Of a stretch of DNA of 64,000 bases, positions 38,277 through 47,491 are shown in pieces. How positions within the stretch are numbered: the first letter of the stretch is position 1; every line of letters starts with the position of its first letter. The position numbers and the translations under genes were made by a program. The stretch comes from Alphaproteobacteria bacterium. GTDB lineage: Bacteria > Pseudomonadota > Alphaproteobacteria > JBFXJJ01. The stretch lies in contig JBFXJJ010000003.1 in assembly GCA_050175015.1 (NCBI GenBank), positions 145,998 through 209,997 of the forward strand. Direction: 5' to 3'. The notes beneath the pieces were generated by a model. It ran no database searches. It was not told the origin of the DNA and was given only the letters and a program-made list of their open reading frames with translations.

Positions 38277-39437
38277 TCATTTACGGTTTACAATGTTTTC
38301 AACAATGTAAGCGTTGAGCCAGCGCAAAGTTGCGACATTACAGCCTTTGCCCAAATGAACTGTTTTGTGTTTATAGGTCATTGCTACAAAATAGATGTCT
38401 TCAGCTTCACGGTAGATGACATCAACCGCATTTATAGTGTTTTTATCAAAAGTTACATTTTTAAAATAAAACCAAGGAAATTTGCAGATAAAACATATTT
38501 TATCTTGATATATGATTAAAGCCTGACGTCTTAAAATCATTAATAAAGGTAATGCAAAAACCATTATAGCTGTTGTTAAAATAAGCAATTCTCGAACAAG
38601 AACGCTATCATCTGAGATAAAACTAACTCTTGGAGCAAGCAAGATAATGAAACAGCAAAACAACTCTATAACTGAAGCAACAAGAAAAGCTCCAGATTCT
38701 CTAGGAATATTTTTAATAACGAGCAATGTTTTATCTTTTTTTTCTTTAACATAAATATCTTTAGGTTGTTTCTCGTTGGGGTTAAAGCGGTGTGTAATCT
38801 TGCCTTCATTAACAAGTTCAACTAAAGGTTTTTCAAGATCGTTATAGTTTAGGAGTTTGTATCCGTCAGAAATGCGGGTTATTGCTGGCATACTTAAATC
38901 TTGAGCTATTTTTTGCCAGCGATGACGGATATTCCTAGTGTTTTTACCAATATATAAGGGAATCGTTTTTCTTGTATCTTCGTGTAGAAGTTCTATGACG
39001 TGATGAGTTTTTACAAAGAAGCCATATTTAAAAATGCGAGAACGATAACGTATGCCTAAATAGTTGGCAATTGGTTCAACAAAAGGTGTTTGGTAACTTA
39101 AAAGCCCAAAATATTTTACGCTGACATTTTGATGATCGATAAAAATTTCTTTTTTCTGAAAGAATAACGAGAGATTTGCAATAATAAATATTAAACCAAC
39201 AAGGGGAAAAATATAAAAAAAAGAACTAGCTTGGTGTTCTAAGTAAATATCTTCAGTTATGATGCTGCTATTGCCGCTTCCATAATAACTCATAATTGGA
39301 ACAATCAGTAAGATAAGTCCGATAAAAAGCCCTTTAATGCTTTTGCTAAGAGGTACTCGGTCGAAAAATTTTATAGGCTTAAAAGATGTATCAATATCAA
39401 GATTAATACTTAAGTGATTGGGAGCGTTTTGTTTCAT
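38277..39437 (-). CDS. Membrane protein with duplicated (TM pair + ~100 aa cytoplasmic domain) architecture, bPH/YdbT-like
   Basis: Two hydrophobic hairpins, each followed by a basic soluble region. No recognisable catalytic motif. Confidence 0.35.
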   Translation of the reverse strand: MKQNAPNHLSINLDIDTSFKPIKFFDRVPLSKSIKGLFIGLILLIVPIMSYYGSGNSSIITEDIYLEHQASSFFYIFPLVGLIFIIANLSLFFQKKEIFIDHQNVSVKYFGLLSYQTPFVEPIANYLGIRYRSRIFKYGFFVKTHHVIELLHEDTRKTIPLYIGKNTRNIRHRWQKIAQDLSMPAITRISDGYKLLNYNDLEKPLVELVNEGKITHRFNPNEKQPKDIYVKEKKDKTLLVIKNIPRESGAFLVASVIELFCCFIILLAPRVSFISDDSVLVRELLILTTAIMVFALPLLMILRRQALIIYQDKICFICKFPWFYFKNVTFDKNTINAVDVIYREAEDIYFVAMTYKHKTVHLGKGCNVATLRWLNAYIVENIVNRK

Positions 39438-39604
39438 TTTTTTAAATAAGTTCTATGTTTTTAAGTTGGACTTTGTTGCATTATATTAATATTATAAATT
39501 GTTAAGAAATATAAAAATTGGATATTTTTTATTGTCTATTTAGTAAACTTAACTTAACTTACAATTAAAATATACTTTAGTTTAATAAAAGAAAAAATAT
39601 TAAA

Positions 39605-42600
39605 ATGCAAAATTTATATGACGTTTTTTCAGAATACCCAAACCTTTTAGCTAGTACTATAGGTATTATCGGCGTTATTTTTGCACTTAACTATTTAAAC
39701 AAACAAGAAAGCGCTCCTTTTGGTTTGATGTATATCAATCAGGGATTTGCTGCTTTAATTCTAACCATAGTGATGAAAATTCCAGAATATATGGATTTGG
39801 AATTTTCCTATCTATCGGTTTTTGAGCTGGTTTTTTTAGGGGCAACTCTTTGCTTGTTTATCTCTGGAGGACTGTCGTTAAAAGGCGTTAAAGTGAAGTT
39901 TTATGTTACTCTTGCTTTAATGGTGGTGATTTTACTTTGGATTTTTAATGTTGTTTTTTTAAGCGGAAGCTATGTCTTAATGTTTTTGACTAAATATCTG
40001 CTTCCAACATTGGCTTATGGTTTTCTTAGCTATAGCTTTTTGACGAGGAAAACGCAGTCAAGGAAATCAGGCTTTAAGGCGTTTGGCTTTTTTGCTATGG
40101 CCTCCTCAATATATTATTTTGCGCAGATTTTATCTTTTATAAGTTTTTTACATGATCTTTGGTTCTTTATGCCCCTAATGTATGCGGGCTTTGCCTTTAG
40201 TATTATGCTGATGGCTAACAACTTGATTCAGCATCAATGTGATGTATATAAAAACGAAGCCGAAGATATTAAAAGCAAGCTGAGGCTTATAATTCAGTCT
40301 TCACCTTTTCCAATTACAATATCCCGTCTTAAAGACGACCAGATGATATTAGTTAATAAAAGTGCGGCGGATCTTTTTGGCATTAATCCTAATAATCCGC
40401 AGTCATATCGTATGGTTGACTTCTTTGCCGATCAAAATAATAGGAAAGAGTTATTAAATAAACTGAATGCTCATAAAGTTGTTGAAGATTTTGAAGTACT
40501 GGTTAAGGGAAGAAACACAGGAAAGCCATTTTGGCTTTTGCTATCGGCCAGAGTTATTGACTTTGAGTATAGTGTGGCTCTTTATTGCGCGTTCCAAGAT
40601 ATTACTAACCGTAAAAATAAAGAAAAAGAGTTGTTTGATCAAGCAACGAGAGATCCTCTAACGGGAGCATTCAACCGCAGACAATTTGAAGAGATCGTTA
40701 AAAAAGAATTTGCCCGCTGCAAACGTTATGGTGGAACATTCTGTATTATTATGGTTGATGCTGATCACTTTAAAAATGTTAATGATACTTATGGTCACCA
40801 AACTGGTGACGAAGTTCTTAAAGCTCTATCAAAAAGCTTTTTTGATACTTTGAGAGAAACTGATGCTGTGTTTAGATTTGGTGGTGAGGAATTTGTTTTA
40901 CTGCTTCCAGAAATTACATTGGAAAATGCATATAGTGTAGCAGAAAGACTTAGAACTATTATTTCTGAGATTGAGGTTTTAGCAGAGGATAAAGAAAGCA
41001 TTGTTAGGTTCACTGTTAGTATGGGTATTGTAGAATCTACTCAGGCAGAAGAGCCCAACGATTTGGTTAAGCTTTCGGACGATGCGTTATATGAGGCAAA
41101 AGAAACAGGTAGAAATAAAGTTGTTATTTCAAAAGCTGTTCGTCAGGAGGTTAAACCTATAAGCAACAGCACAAATCCAAATCGAGATAATCATGCTAAG
41201 AAAGAATTAGATGAGATAGACAATATTAAGTCTGATTATGATTTTGATGAGGAATTGCCAATAGACGATGACTTCGTATCAGATGGTGGCGGAGTAGGAA
41301 AAATCAAGTTAGCTCCCAAAATTGATATGAATAAAATTCAAAGCGAGATTTCTGCTAAGTTAGAAAAAGATAAAGATGAAGGAGAAGATGCAGAAGAAGC
41401 AGATTCCGTTGATGTTGAACAAGTTTCAGAAGAAAACAATGGAATTCCAGCCCCAGCATTTAACAGTGATTCTTATGATGAACTCCCCGCAGAGCCGGCT
41501 TTTGAAGGTGAAAGCTATGATGCCGAGCTTCCCTCGCTTGATGAAGAAACCTTATTGCCAGAATATGAAGAACAGCCTCTTGATGATAGCTTGGCTATTC
41601 CAGAGTATGGAGAAACTTCTTCTGAAAGTTATGAAGATCTTCCCGCTGAGGAGCAGTTGGTATATGATGAATTACCAGCAGAAGAGGCGGTTTATGATGA
41701 AGTTCCATTAGAGGACGTTCAAGATTACGGTGAACTTCCTGCCGAAGGCGCGGTGTACGATGAAACTCATCTTGATGATGAAGCATCTTATGCGGAATTG
41801 CCGCCCGAACAGGGTTTTGAAGATGAAAGCTATGATGCCGAGCTTCCCTCGCTTGATGAAGAAACCTTATTGCCAGAATATGAAGAACAGCCTCTTGATG
41901 ATAGTTTGGCTATTCCAGAATATGGTGAAGCGGTTCCTGAAAGTTATGAAGATCTTCCCGCTGAGGAACCGTTGGCATATGATGAATTACCAGCGGAAGA
42001 ATTGCCAGTATATGACGAACTTCCAGCAGAAGAGGCGGTTTATGATGAAGTTCCATTAGAGGACGTTCAAGATTATGATGAACTTCCTGCCGAAGGCGCG
42101 GTGTACGATGAAACTTCTCTTGATGAAGCATCTTATGCTGAATTGCCGCCCGAACAGGGTTTTGAAGATGAAAGTTATGATGCCGAGCTTCCTCCGCTTG
42201 ATGAAGAAGCCTTATTGCCAGAATATGAAGAACAGTCTCTTGATGAAAGTTTAGCTATTCCAGAATATGGCGAAGCGGTTCCTGAAAGCTATGACGAGCT
42301 TCCCGCAGAGGAACAAGCTTATGATGAGTTACCAGCGGAAGATATGGTTTATGAGGAAGCACCTTTAGAAGATAATCAAGATTACGGTGAGCTCCCCGCA
42401 GAAGAGGCTATTCCAGAATTAGAAATTGAAAAAGAGGTTTTGCCTGATACAAAAGAACTTCCTATGAAAAAAATGACGGCATCACAACCAATGCCATCTC
42501 CTACGATTATAAGGAAGCCAGAGCTGTCAGTTGCTCCTAGTCATTCTGTTCCACCAGCTCCAACTGCAATAAAAACGCCGCAGGCTCAAGGAGCAGTTTC

Positions 42601-42688
42601 AAATCCGCCTTTGGTTAAAAAAGTTGTAATTAAAAAAGTGGTAAAAAAGGTAGTTAAGGTTATTAAAAAACCAGTTCCGAAACCATAA
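39605..42688 (+). CDS. Multi-TM sensor diguanylate cyclase (PAS-GGDEF, active-site GGEEF) with long acidic tandem-repeat tail and basic Lys/Val C-terminus
   Basis: About 6-7 TM N-terminal domain, a PAS-like segment, and RDPLTGAFNRRQFEE...DADHFKNVNDTYGH...RFGGEEF (I-site RxxD present). It continues with repeats and ends PPLVKKVVIKKVVKKVVKVIKKPVPKP. Confidence 0.8.
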   Translation: MQNLYDVFSEYPNLLASTIGIIGVIFALNYLNKQESAPFGLMYINQGFAALILTIVMKIPEYMDLEFSYLSVFELVFLGATLCLFISGGLSLKGVKVKFYVTLALMVVILLWIFNVVFLSGSYVLMFLTKYLLPTLAYGFLSYSFLTRKTQSRKSGFKAFGFFAMASSIYYFAQILSFISFLHDLWFFMPLMYAGFAFSIMLMANNLIQHQCDVYKNEAEDIKSKLRLIIQSSPFPITISRLKDDQMILVNKSAADLFGINPNNPQSYRMVDFFADQNNRKELLNKLNAHKVVEDFEVLVKGRNTGKPFWLLLSARVIDFEYSVALYCAFQDITNRKNKEKELFDQATRDPLTGAFNRRQFEEIVKKEFARCKRYGGTFCIIMVDADHFKNVNDTYGHQTGDEVLKALSKSFFDTLRETDAVFRFGGEEFVLLLPEITLENAYSVAERLRTIISEIEVLAEDKESIVRFTVSMGIVESTQAEEPNDLVKLSDDALYEAKETGRNKVVISKAVRQEVKPISNSTNPNRDNHAKKELDEIDNIKSDYDFDEELPIDDDFVSDGGGVGKIKLAPKIDMNKIQSEISAKLEKDKDEGEDAEEADSVDVEQVSEENNGIPAPAFNSDSYDELPAEPAFEGESYDAELPSLDEETLLPEYEEQPLDDSLAIPEYGETSSESYEDLPAEEQLVYDELPAEEAVYDEVPLEDVQDYGELPAEGAVYDETHLDDEASYAELPPEQGFEDESYDAELPSLDEETLLPEYEEQPLDDSLAIPEYGEAVPESYEDLPAEEPLAYDELPAEELPVYDELPAEEAVYDEVPLEDVQDYDELPAEGAVYDETSLDEASYAELPPEQGFEDESYDAELPPLDEEALLPEYEEQSLDESLAIPEYGEAVPESYDELPAEEQAYDELPAEDMVYEEAPLEDNQDYGELPAEEAIPELEIEKEVLPDTKELPMKKMTASQPMPSPTIIRKPELSVAPSHSVPPAPTAIKTPQAQGAVSNPPLVKKVVIKKVVKKVVKVIKKPVPKP
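41460..42430 (+). repeat. Intragenic tandem DNA repeat, ~3 copies of a 315-345 bp unit (near-identical), encoding acidic YDELPAE/EYGE-rich units
   Basis: Unit starts (gaaag[c/t]tatgatgccgagcttcc...) at 41510, 41825 and 42170. Copy 2 carries a 30-nt internal duplication (ELPVYDELPAE). Confidence 0.85.
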
Positions 42689-42715
42689 TACTTAACAAAA
42701 CGGATTTAAAATAAT

Positions 42716-42736
42716 AGCTTAAAAGCTAAGCTTTTG
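42716..42736 (+). terminator. Weak stem-loop + T-tract after the GGDEF gene
   Basis: agctta-aaagc-taagct followed by ttt. Confidence 0.3.
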
Positions 42737-42977
42737 ACCGATTTTACCTGAAAATTCATAATCAAAATATTATTGTTTGGCTATATTGCTTCATAAAATT
42801 AAGAATTTTTTTAAGCAAAGTTGGTTAAAGGCATTTGATGTAAAGTAAAAATAAAAACCATAGCTTTTACTTATAACTAAAAGGCAAACACGCCAGCTCT
42901 TAAGACAGTAGAGAAACAAAGGGCTATATAAAAGGCAGGTGTTTTAATTCAGAAACAATCTAACATTATAAATTTTT

Positions 42978-44573
42978 TTATGAATCAGGATTTATTCCAT
43001 ATTCCTGCCATAATTTTTTTAATTTAGGATAGTTTTCTTGATCAACAGTACTGGTCAAAAATTTTCCCGCGGTAATTGTTGAAGACCAGTAATAAGCATC
43101 TAGCCCAGCTTGGCGTTTTAGTTCATTTAAAAACAGTTTTTTATCTTTTATATATGACCATACCTCAGGTAAGAGCAAAGCCAATTTTTTATCTTTTTCC
43201 TGAAAGATAACTCCATCAATATTGGGCTCAATTTGATCAAGCAATTCTCTTTCGTTAGTGAAAGATAACGGATAAGGAGGGGTTAGAAGAGAGATTTTTA
43301 CTGAAATAAAGGGAAGTTCTTTTTTATTAATAGGTTTGAAATTATTATCGTAAAAAGCAGCAAAGAAAGCATTGGTCGCAATGTCTTGCAGAATATTTTC
43401 CTTGGGCGTTAAAGAACCCATAGCACCTCTAATAGATCCAGATTTATTGATGCTCACAAAAGAAATTCCAAAACTTCTTAGTTCTTTAGGATAATCTTTT
43501 GGGTTAACAATAAGGGGTTTTCCTGTTTTGATTCCATTTATAATCGAATCAAAAGCGATTTTAACTAAGGTTTTGCCATACTTCTCAGTAATATCATTAA
43601 GTATTTGCTGTTCTTTTACTAACGGATTAACAAGAGGAGCATAGATTGCAAAGCTGGCATAGCCTACGACGCTGTCCCTTCGAATGTCGACATCACCAGA
43701 ACTTTTGATATCTAAGATTTTTATAGCATAGCCATATTGGTTGGCATAATTCAAAAGAGCTTGAATTGCTAAATAACCAGAAGCCTTAGCCTTATCGAGA
43801 TTTCTAATGTTGTATCCCAAAATAGCTTTAGATGTTGCGATATCTGCTTTTTTGCCTTCCATATAACTTAAATTGGTAGACAAATTGGAGCATACAATAA
43901 GCAACGTATCATCATCTTTAAGAGCCTTATTAATGAATAAGTCCATTTCTCCGATGTTGGTTTCTCCAAAAATTGCAGGAACAATTGTAACGCTGCCAAG
44001 TGTTTCATAGATAAAAGGCAGTTGAATTTCGATGCTGTGTTCATTTTTATGAACGCTTGCCAGCATTCTAACAAAAGGTAAATCTAAAAGAGCTTTGTTT
44101 GTTGGCTGATCTACTGTAACAGATCCAAAAGGCATTTGCCATTTAGCCGCTGGAGAAAGAGCTATGCCTGAAAATTTGCTGTAAGTTGCAGGTGCAAGAA
44201 TTACAACTTTTTTTATTTTGTTTTTTAAGCTTTTTATTTGGGCATAAGCCGTTCCTGCGGTAATGCCAGAATAACCTAGTGATGAATGAGGAACGATTAA
44301 GGCTTTTATCGGATATTGTTCATTAACAATCTTGGCATCTTTCATAAGATTATTAATTTGTTTTCGTAGTTGGTCGCTGTTTGCGGGATAAAAAAGATTA
44401 GCAACCGCAGGTTTGCGGTCTTCAATCTTTGATGTTTCAATCTGATTTTGCGTTTTAAATAACAATTCAGGAAAAAAAATTACAAACCAAAAAGCTACCG
44501 TTATTATTAAAAGAAAAACAATGAAAAATAACTCTAAGCGAAAAGATTTGTCTGTTGTTTTTAGTGAAAGCAT
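42978..44573 (-). CDS. Membrane-anchored fusion of Memo1-like (AmmeMemoRadiSam protein B) and AMMECR1-like (protein A) domains
   Basis: N-terminal TM helix. ALIVPHSSLGYSGITAG resembles Memo HAGYxYSG. The C-terminal ~190 aa has an AMMECR1-like ...SGSIRGAMGS... motif (consensus LRGCIG, with Cys replaced by Ala). Confidence 0.55.
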   Translation of the reverse strand: MLSLKTTDKSFRLELFFIVFLLIITVAFWFVIFFPELLFKTQNQIETSKIEDRKPAVANLFYPANSDQLRKQINNLMKDAKIVNEQYPIKALIVPHSSLGYSGITAGTAYAQIKSLKNKIKKVVILAPATYSKFSGIALSPAAKWQMPFGSVTVDQPTNKALLDLPFVRMLASVHKNEHSIEIQLPFIYETLGSVTIVPAIFGETNIGEMDLFINKALKDDDTLLIVCSNLSTNLSYMEGKKADIATSKAILGYNIRNLDKAKASGYLAIQALLNYANQYGYAIKILDIKSSGDVDIRRDSVVGYASFAIYAPLVNPLVKEQQILNDITEKYGKTLVKIAFDSIINGIKTGKPLIVNPKDYPKELRSFGISFVSINKSGSIRGAMGSLTPKENILQDIATNAFFAAFYDNNFKPINKKELPFISVKISLLTPPYPLSFTNERELLDQIEPNIDGVIFQEKDKKLALLLPEVWSYIKDKKLFLNELKRQAGLDAYYWSSTITAGKFLTSTVDQENYPKLKKLWQEYGINPDS

Positions 44574-44687
44574 AAAAAACCAAAATCCAATTAAAATTTT
44601 AAAGAAGCCATATCTTTTTTGTTTTATTTATCATAATGTAGTTTTTTTTAAAATTAAACTTAAAAGAAAAAATTAAGGTCTATTTAT

Positions 44688-46061
44688 ATGATATATCCCA
44701 ATCGTGTAGATATTAAAAAATTCCGATTTGTTAGTTGCGATTTTGATGAAACGCTAAACCAAGCATCTTTAGTTTATGCTTTTGATGACAAAATAACGTT
44801 TGAAGAAACCTTTGTTTTTGAAAATGCCCCGCACGTTTCCCAAGAAAGAATGCCTGCTCTTAAAAGATGTTTAAAATATCTTCATTTAGCGGCAGGAGTA
44901 AGTTACTACAAAGCTTTTATTCCCAAAGAAATAGCCGTTGAAACAACGACTTTATCTAAAGATGAAGCCGATTTTTTTAACCAATTTTATTTATCTGGAC
45001 TAGGCGAGTTTAGTTTTAAGAATAATCTCAATCTTCAAGATATTATCAAATTTCCTTATGAGGCAGATTATCAAGCAGAAAAAATAGCCAATGATTTTAG
45101 ATTAAAAGAGCAGCCGATAGTTCCCGTTGGCGGCGGCAAAGATTCTATTGTAACTATTGCGGCGCTAAAAAATGCTGGGCTTAAGCCTGTTTTGTTTTCG
45201 GTTGGTTTTCCTGCGCCCATAGCTGGCACAGTAGAAATAGCTGGGCTTAAAAACATTGTCGTTACAAGAAAAATCGCTAAATCTTTATTGGAATTAAACC
45301 AAAAATTAAAAGAATGTGATGCCTTTAACGGTCATATCCCTGTTACTGGTGTTTTTGCTTTTTTGCTGGCAATGTCGGCGGTGATATATGATTTCGATGC
45401 GGTGTTAATGTCTAACGAGCGTTCGGCTAATTCTGAAAACATTGTTCGAGATGATGGTTTTCTTATTAATCATCAATGGAGCAAATCTTTTGAATTTGAA
45501 ATGATGTTTAAAAAATTTGCAGATAGGTATCTTCTTGATAATTTTAAGTATTTTTCTTTTTTGAGACCGCTTTCAGAGCTTTATATTGCTAAGCTCTTTT
45601 CCCGCAGCCAAGATTTCTTTGATGTTTTCACAAGCTGTAATCATGCTTTTGCCATTATGCAGGAGAATCGCAGCAAAGGTTGGTGTCTAAATTGTGATAA
45701 ATGCCGGTTTGTTTATTTAGCATTGGCACCATTTATTGAAAAAAGTCGAATGATAGCGATTTTTGGTAAAGATTTACTAGACGACGAAACTCAGGAAAAA
45801 GGCTTTTCCGAATTGCTAGGACTTTCAAAATATAAGCCTTTTGAATGTGTCGGTGAAATAAAAGAGTGTCAAGCCGCTCTATTTCTGCTTAATCAAAAAC
45901 CAGAATGGCAGTCTAGCTATATCGTTAACAAATTGGCTAAACAGTTAAATACTAGTGATACTAAAATGACAAAGATAGTTGAAGATGTTTTGAGTTTATC
46001 AAAAGAACATCAGATTCCAGAAAAATATATGGAGGCATTAAATGCTTATCTCAGAGCTTAA
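44688..46061 (+). CDS. ATP-pyrophosphatase-like protein (PP-loop-like VGGGKDS) with C-terminal Cys cluster; candidate MurL-type epimerase partner of MurD2
   Basis: IVPVGGGKDSIVTIAAL (compare the SGGxDS PP-loop) and CLNCDKCRF. Overlaps the start of the MurD-like gene by 20 nt. Confidence 0.4.
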   Translation: MIYPNRVDIKKFRFVSCDFDETLNQASLVYAFDDKITFEETFVFENAPHVSQERMPALKRCLKYLHLAAGVSYYKAFIPKEIAVETTTLSKDEADFFNQFYLSGLGEFSFKNNLNLQDIIKFPYEADYQAEKIANDFRLKEQPIVPVGGGKDSIVTIAALKNAGLKPVLFSVGFPAPIAGTVEIAGLKNIVVTRKIAKSLLELNQKLKECDAFNGHIPVTGVFAFLLAMSAVIYDFDAVLMSNERSANSENIVRDDGFLINHQWSKSFEFEMMFKKFADRYLLDNFKYFSFLRPLSELYIAKLFSRSQDFFDVFTSCNHAFAIMQENRSKGWCLNCDKCRFVYLALAPFIEKSRMIAIFGKDLLDDETQEKGFSELLGLSKYKPFECVGEIKECQAALFLLNQKPEWQSSYIVNKLAKQLNTSDTKMTKIVEDVLSLSKEHQIPEKYMEALNAYLRA

Positions 46062-47406
46062 AGGCAAAAAAATTGTTATATGGGGATTAGGACAAGAAGG
46101 CAAAGCAACCTTAAGATGTCTCAGAGCTAAAGGTATCGATTCTGAAATAGTTATTTTTAATGACAAACCTATGAGCGTTGATGATAAAGAAGCGTTGATT
46201 CATTTTTCTCCCCTTAAATTTGCTTCAATGGAAGATTTAGATGTTCTTATGAATTCTGATGTCGTTATCAAAGCACCTGGGGTTAGCCTTTATCGTGATG
46301 AAGTAATTAAAGCAAAACAAAAAGGCATTATTTTTACTTCAGCAACTAATATCTGGTTTGCAGAGAGTCGTAAGAACAATCCCGATATGAAAATCATCGG
46401 GGTAACTGGAACTAAGGGCAAAAGCACAACATCAAGCTTAATTGCGCATTACTTAAGAGTTGCAGGTTATGAAACAGCGATTGGCGGCAATATCGGTGTG
46501 CCTTTAGTTGATTTTTTAACTAGTGATAAAAAATTTGAAGTAACGGTTGCAGAGATATCTAGTTATCAAGCTAGTGATTTACAATATTCTCCTGATGTTG
46601 GTGTGCTGCTTAATCTTTATCCTGAACATATCGATTGGCATAAATCACACGATCGTTACTATGATGATAAGCTTAATTTGTTTGCTCATAGAGGCACAAA
46701 CCCTGTTGTTTTAAACTGCAATGATCCAAGGACAAAAGAAAAGTGTGCTAATTGGGATAATGTAGTTTATTTTAATGACAAATCGGGGATTTATGTCGGC
46801 GATGGCTTTATTATGGACGGCATAAAACGTTTAGAGGCGTTTTCTGAAATTAAAATCAGAGGTTATCATAATTATTGCAATATCTGCACAGCTCTAACTG
46901 TGGTTAAAGTGCTGGGCTGTGATGTCGCACTTTGTGCCAAAGCAACGGGCGATTTTGATGGTTTACTGCATCGTTTGCAGATTGTGGGAGAAAAAGAGAG
47001 CAAGATTTTTGTCAATGACAGCATTTCAACAACACCTGAGACCGCAGTGGCTGGAATTGAGGCTTTTGCAGACAAACCGATTGTTTTGATTGCTGGCGGT
47101 TATGATAGAGAACAGAATTACGAAGTTTTAGCTAAAGCGGTTCTTAAATATGACGTTAAAGCTGTTGTAACAATGCATACAACGGGCGCAAGAATTGCAG
47201 AAACCGTTGGAAAAGCTATTTCTGAGGCAGCAAAAGATGTTGCCGTTATTCAAACATCAGGACTTGAAGAAGCGTTTAAAACAGCTAATAATTATACGCC
47301 TAAAGGTGGGGTTGTTTTAATGTCGCCTGCCGCTCCAAGTTATGGCGCTTATAAAGATTTTAAAGAACGGGGAGAGCATTTTATCCGCCTGTTTAAAGAT
47401 TTATAA
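46042..47406 (+). CDS. MurD-family UDP-N-acetylmuramoyl-L-alanine:glutamate ligase paralog (candidate MurD2)
   Basis: Motifs align with MurD along the whole length: IVIWGLGQEG, GVTGTKGKSTTSSL, GGNIG, EISSYQ, LNLYPEHIDWH, GYHNYCN, GLLHRLQ...NDSISTTPE, LMSPAAPSYGAYKDFKERGEHF. Not located in a dcw cluster. Confidence 0.75.
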   Translation: MLISELKGKKIVIWGLGQEGKATLRCLRAKGIDSEIVIFNDKPMSVDDKEALIHFSPLKFASMEDLDVLMNSDVVIKAPGVSLYRDEVIKAKQKGIIFTSATNIWFAESRKNNPDMKIIGVTGTKGKSTTSSLIAHYLRVAGYETAIGGNIGVPLVDFLTSDKKFEVTVAEISSYQASDLQYSPDVGVLLNLYPEHIDWHKSHDRYYDDKLNLFAHRGTNPVVLNCNDPRTKEKCANWDNVVYFNDKSGIYVGDGFIMDGIKRLEAFSEIKIRGYHNYCNICTALTVVKVLGCDVALCAKATGDFDGLLHRLQIVGEKESKIFVNDSISTTPETAVAGIEAFADKPIVLIAGGYDREQNYEVLAKAVLKYDVKAVVTMHTTGARIAETVGKAISEAAKDVAVIQTSGLEEAFKTANNYTPKGGVVLMSPAAPSYGAYKDFKERGEHFIRLFKDL

Positions 47407-47491
47407 AATAAAGAAATTTAAGATAAAAATTTGCTTTTATAAGTGTTTTAACTTATTTTATGATACTTATAAGATATGTTAATTTTATTGT

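Noticed and set aside
41376-42131. Four 60-111-aa ORFs (both strands) inside the GGDEF gene tail
   Set aside because: They are alternative-frame readings of the tandem repeat, which is why they are nearly identical to each other (MMPSFPRLMKKPYCQNMKNSLLM... occurs twice). Artefacts of the repeat, not genes.
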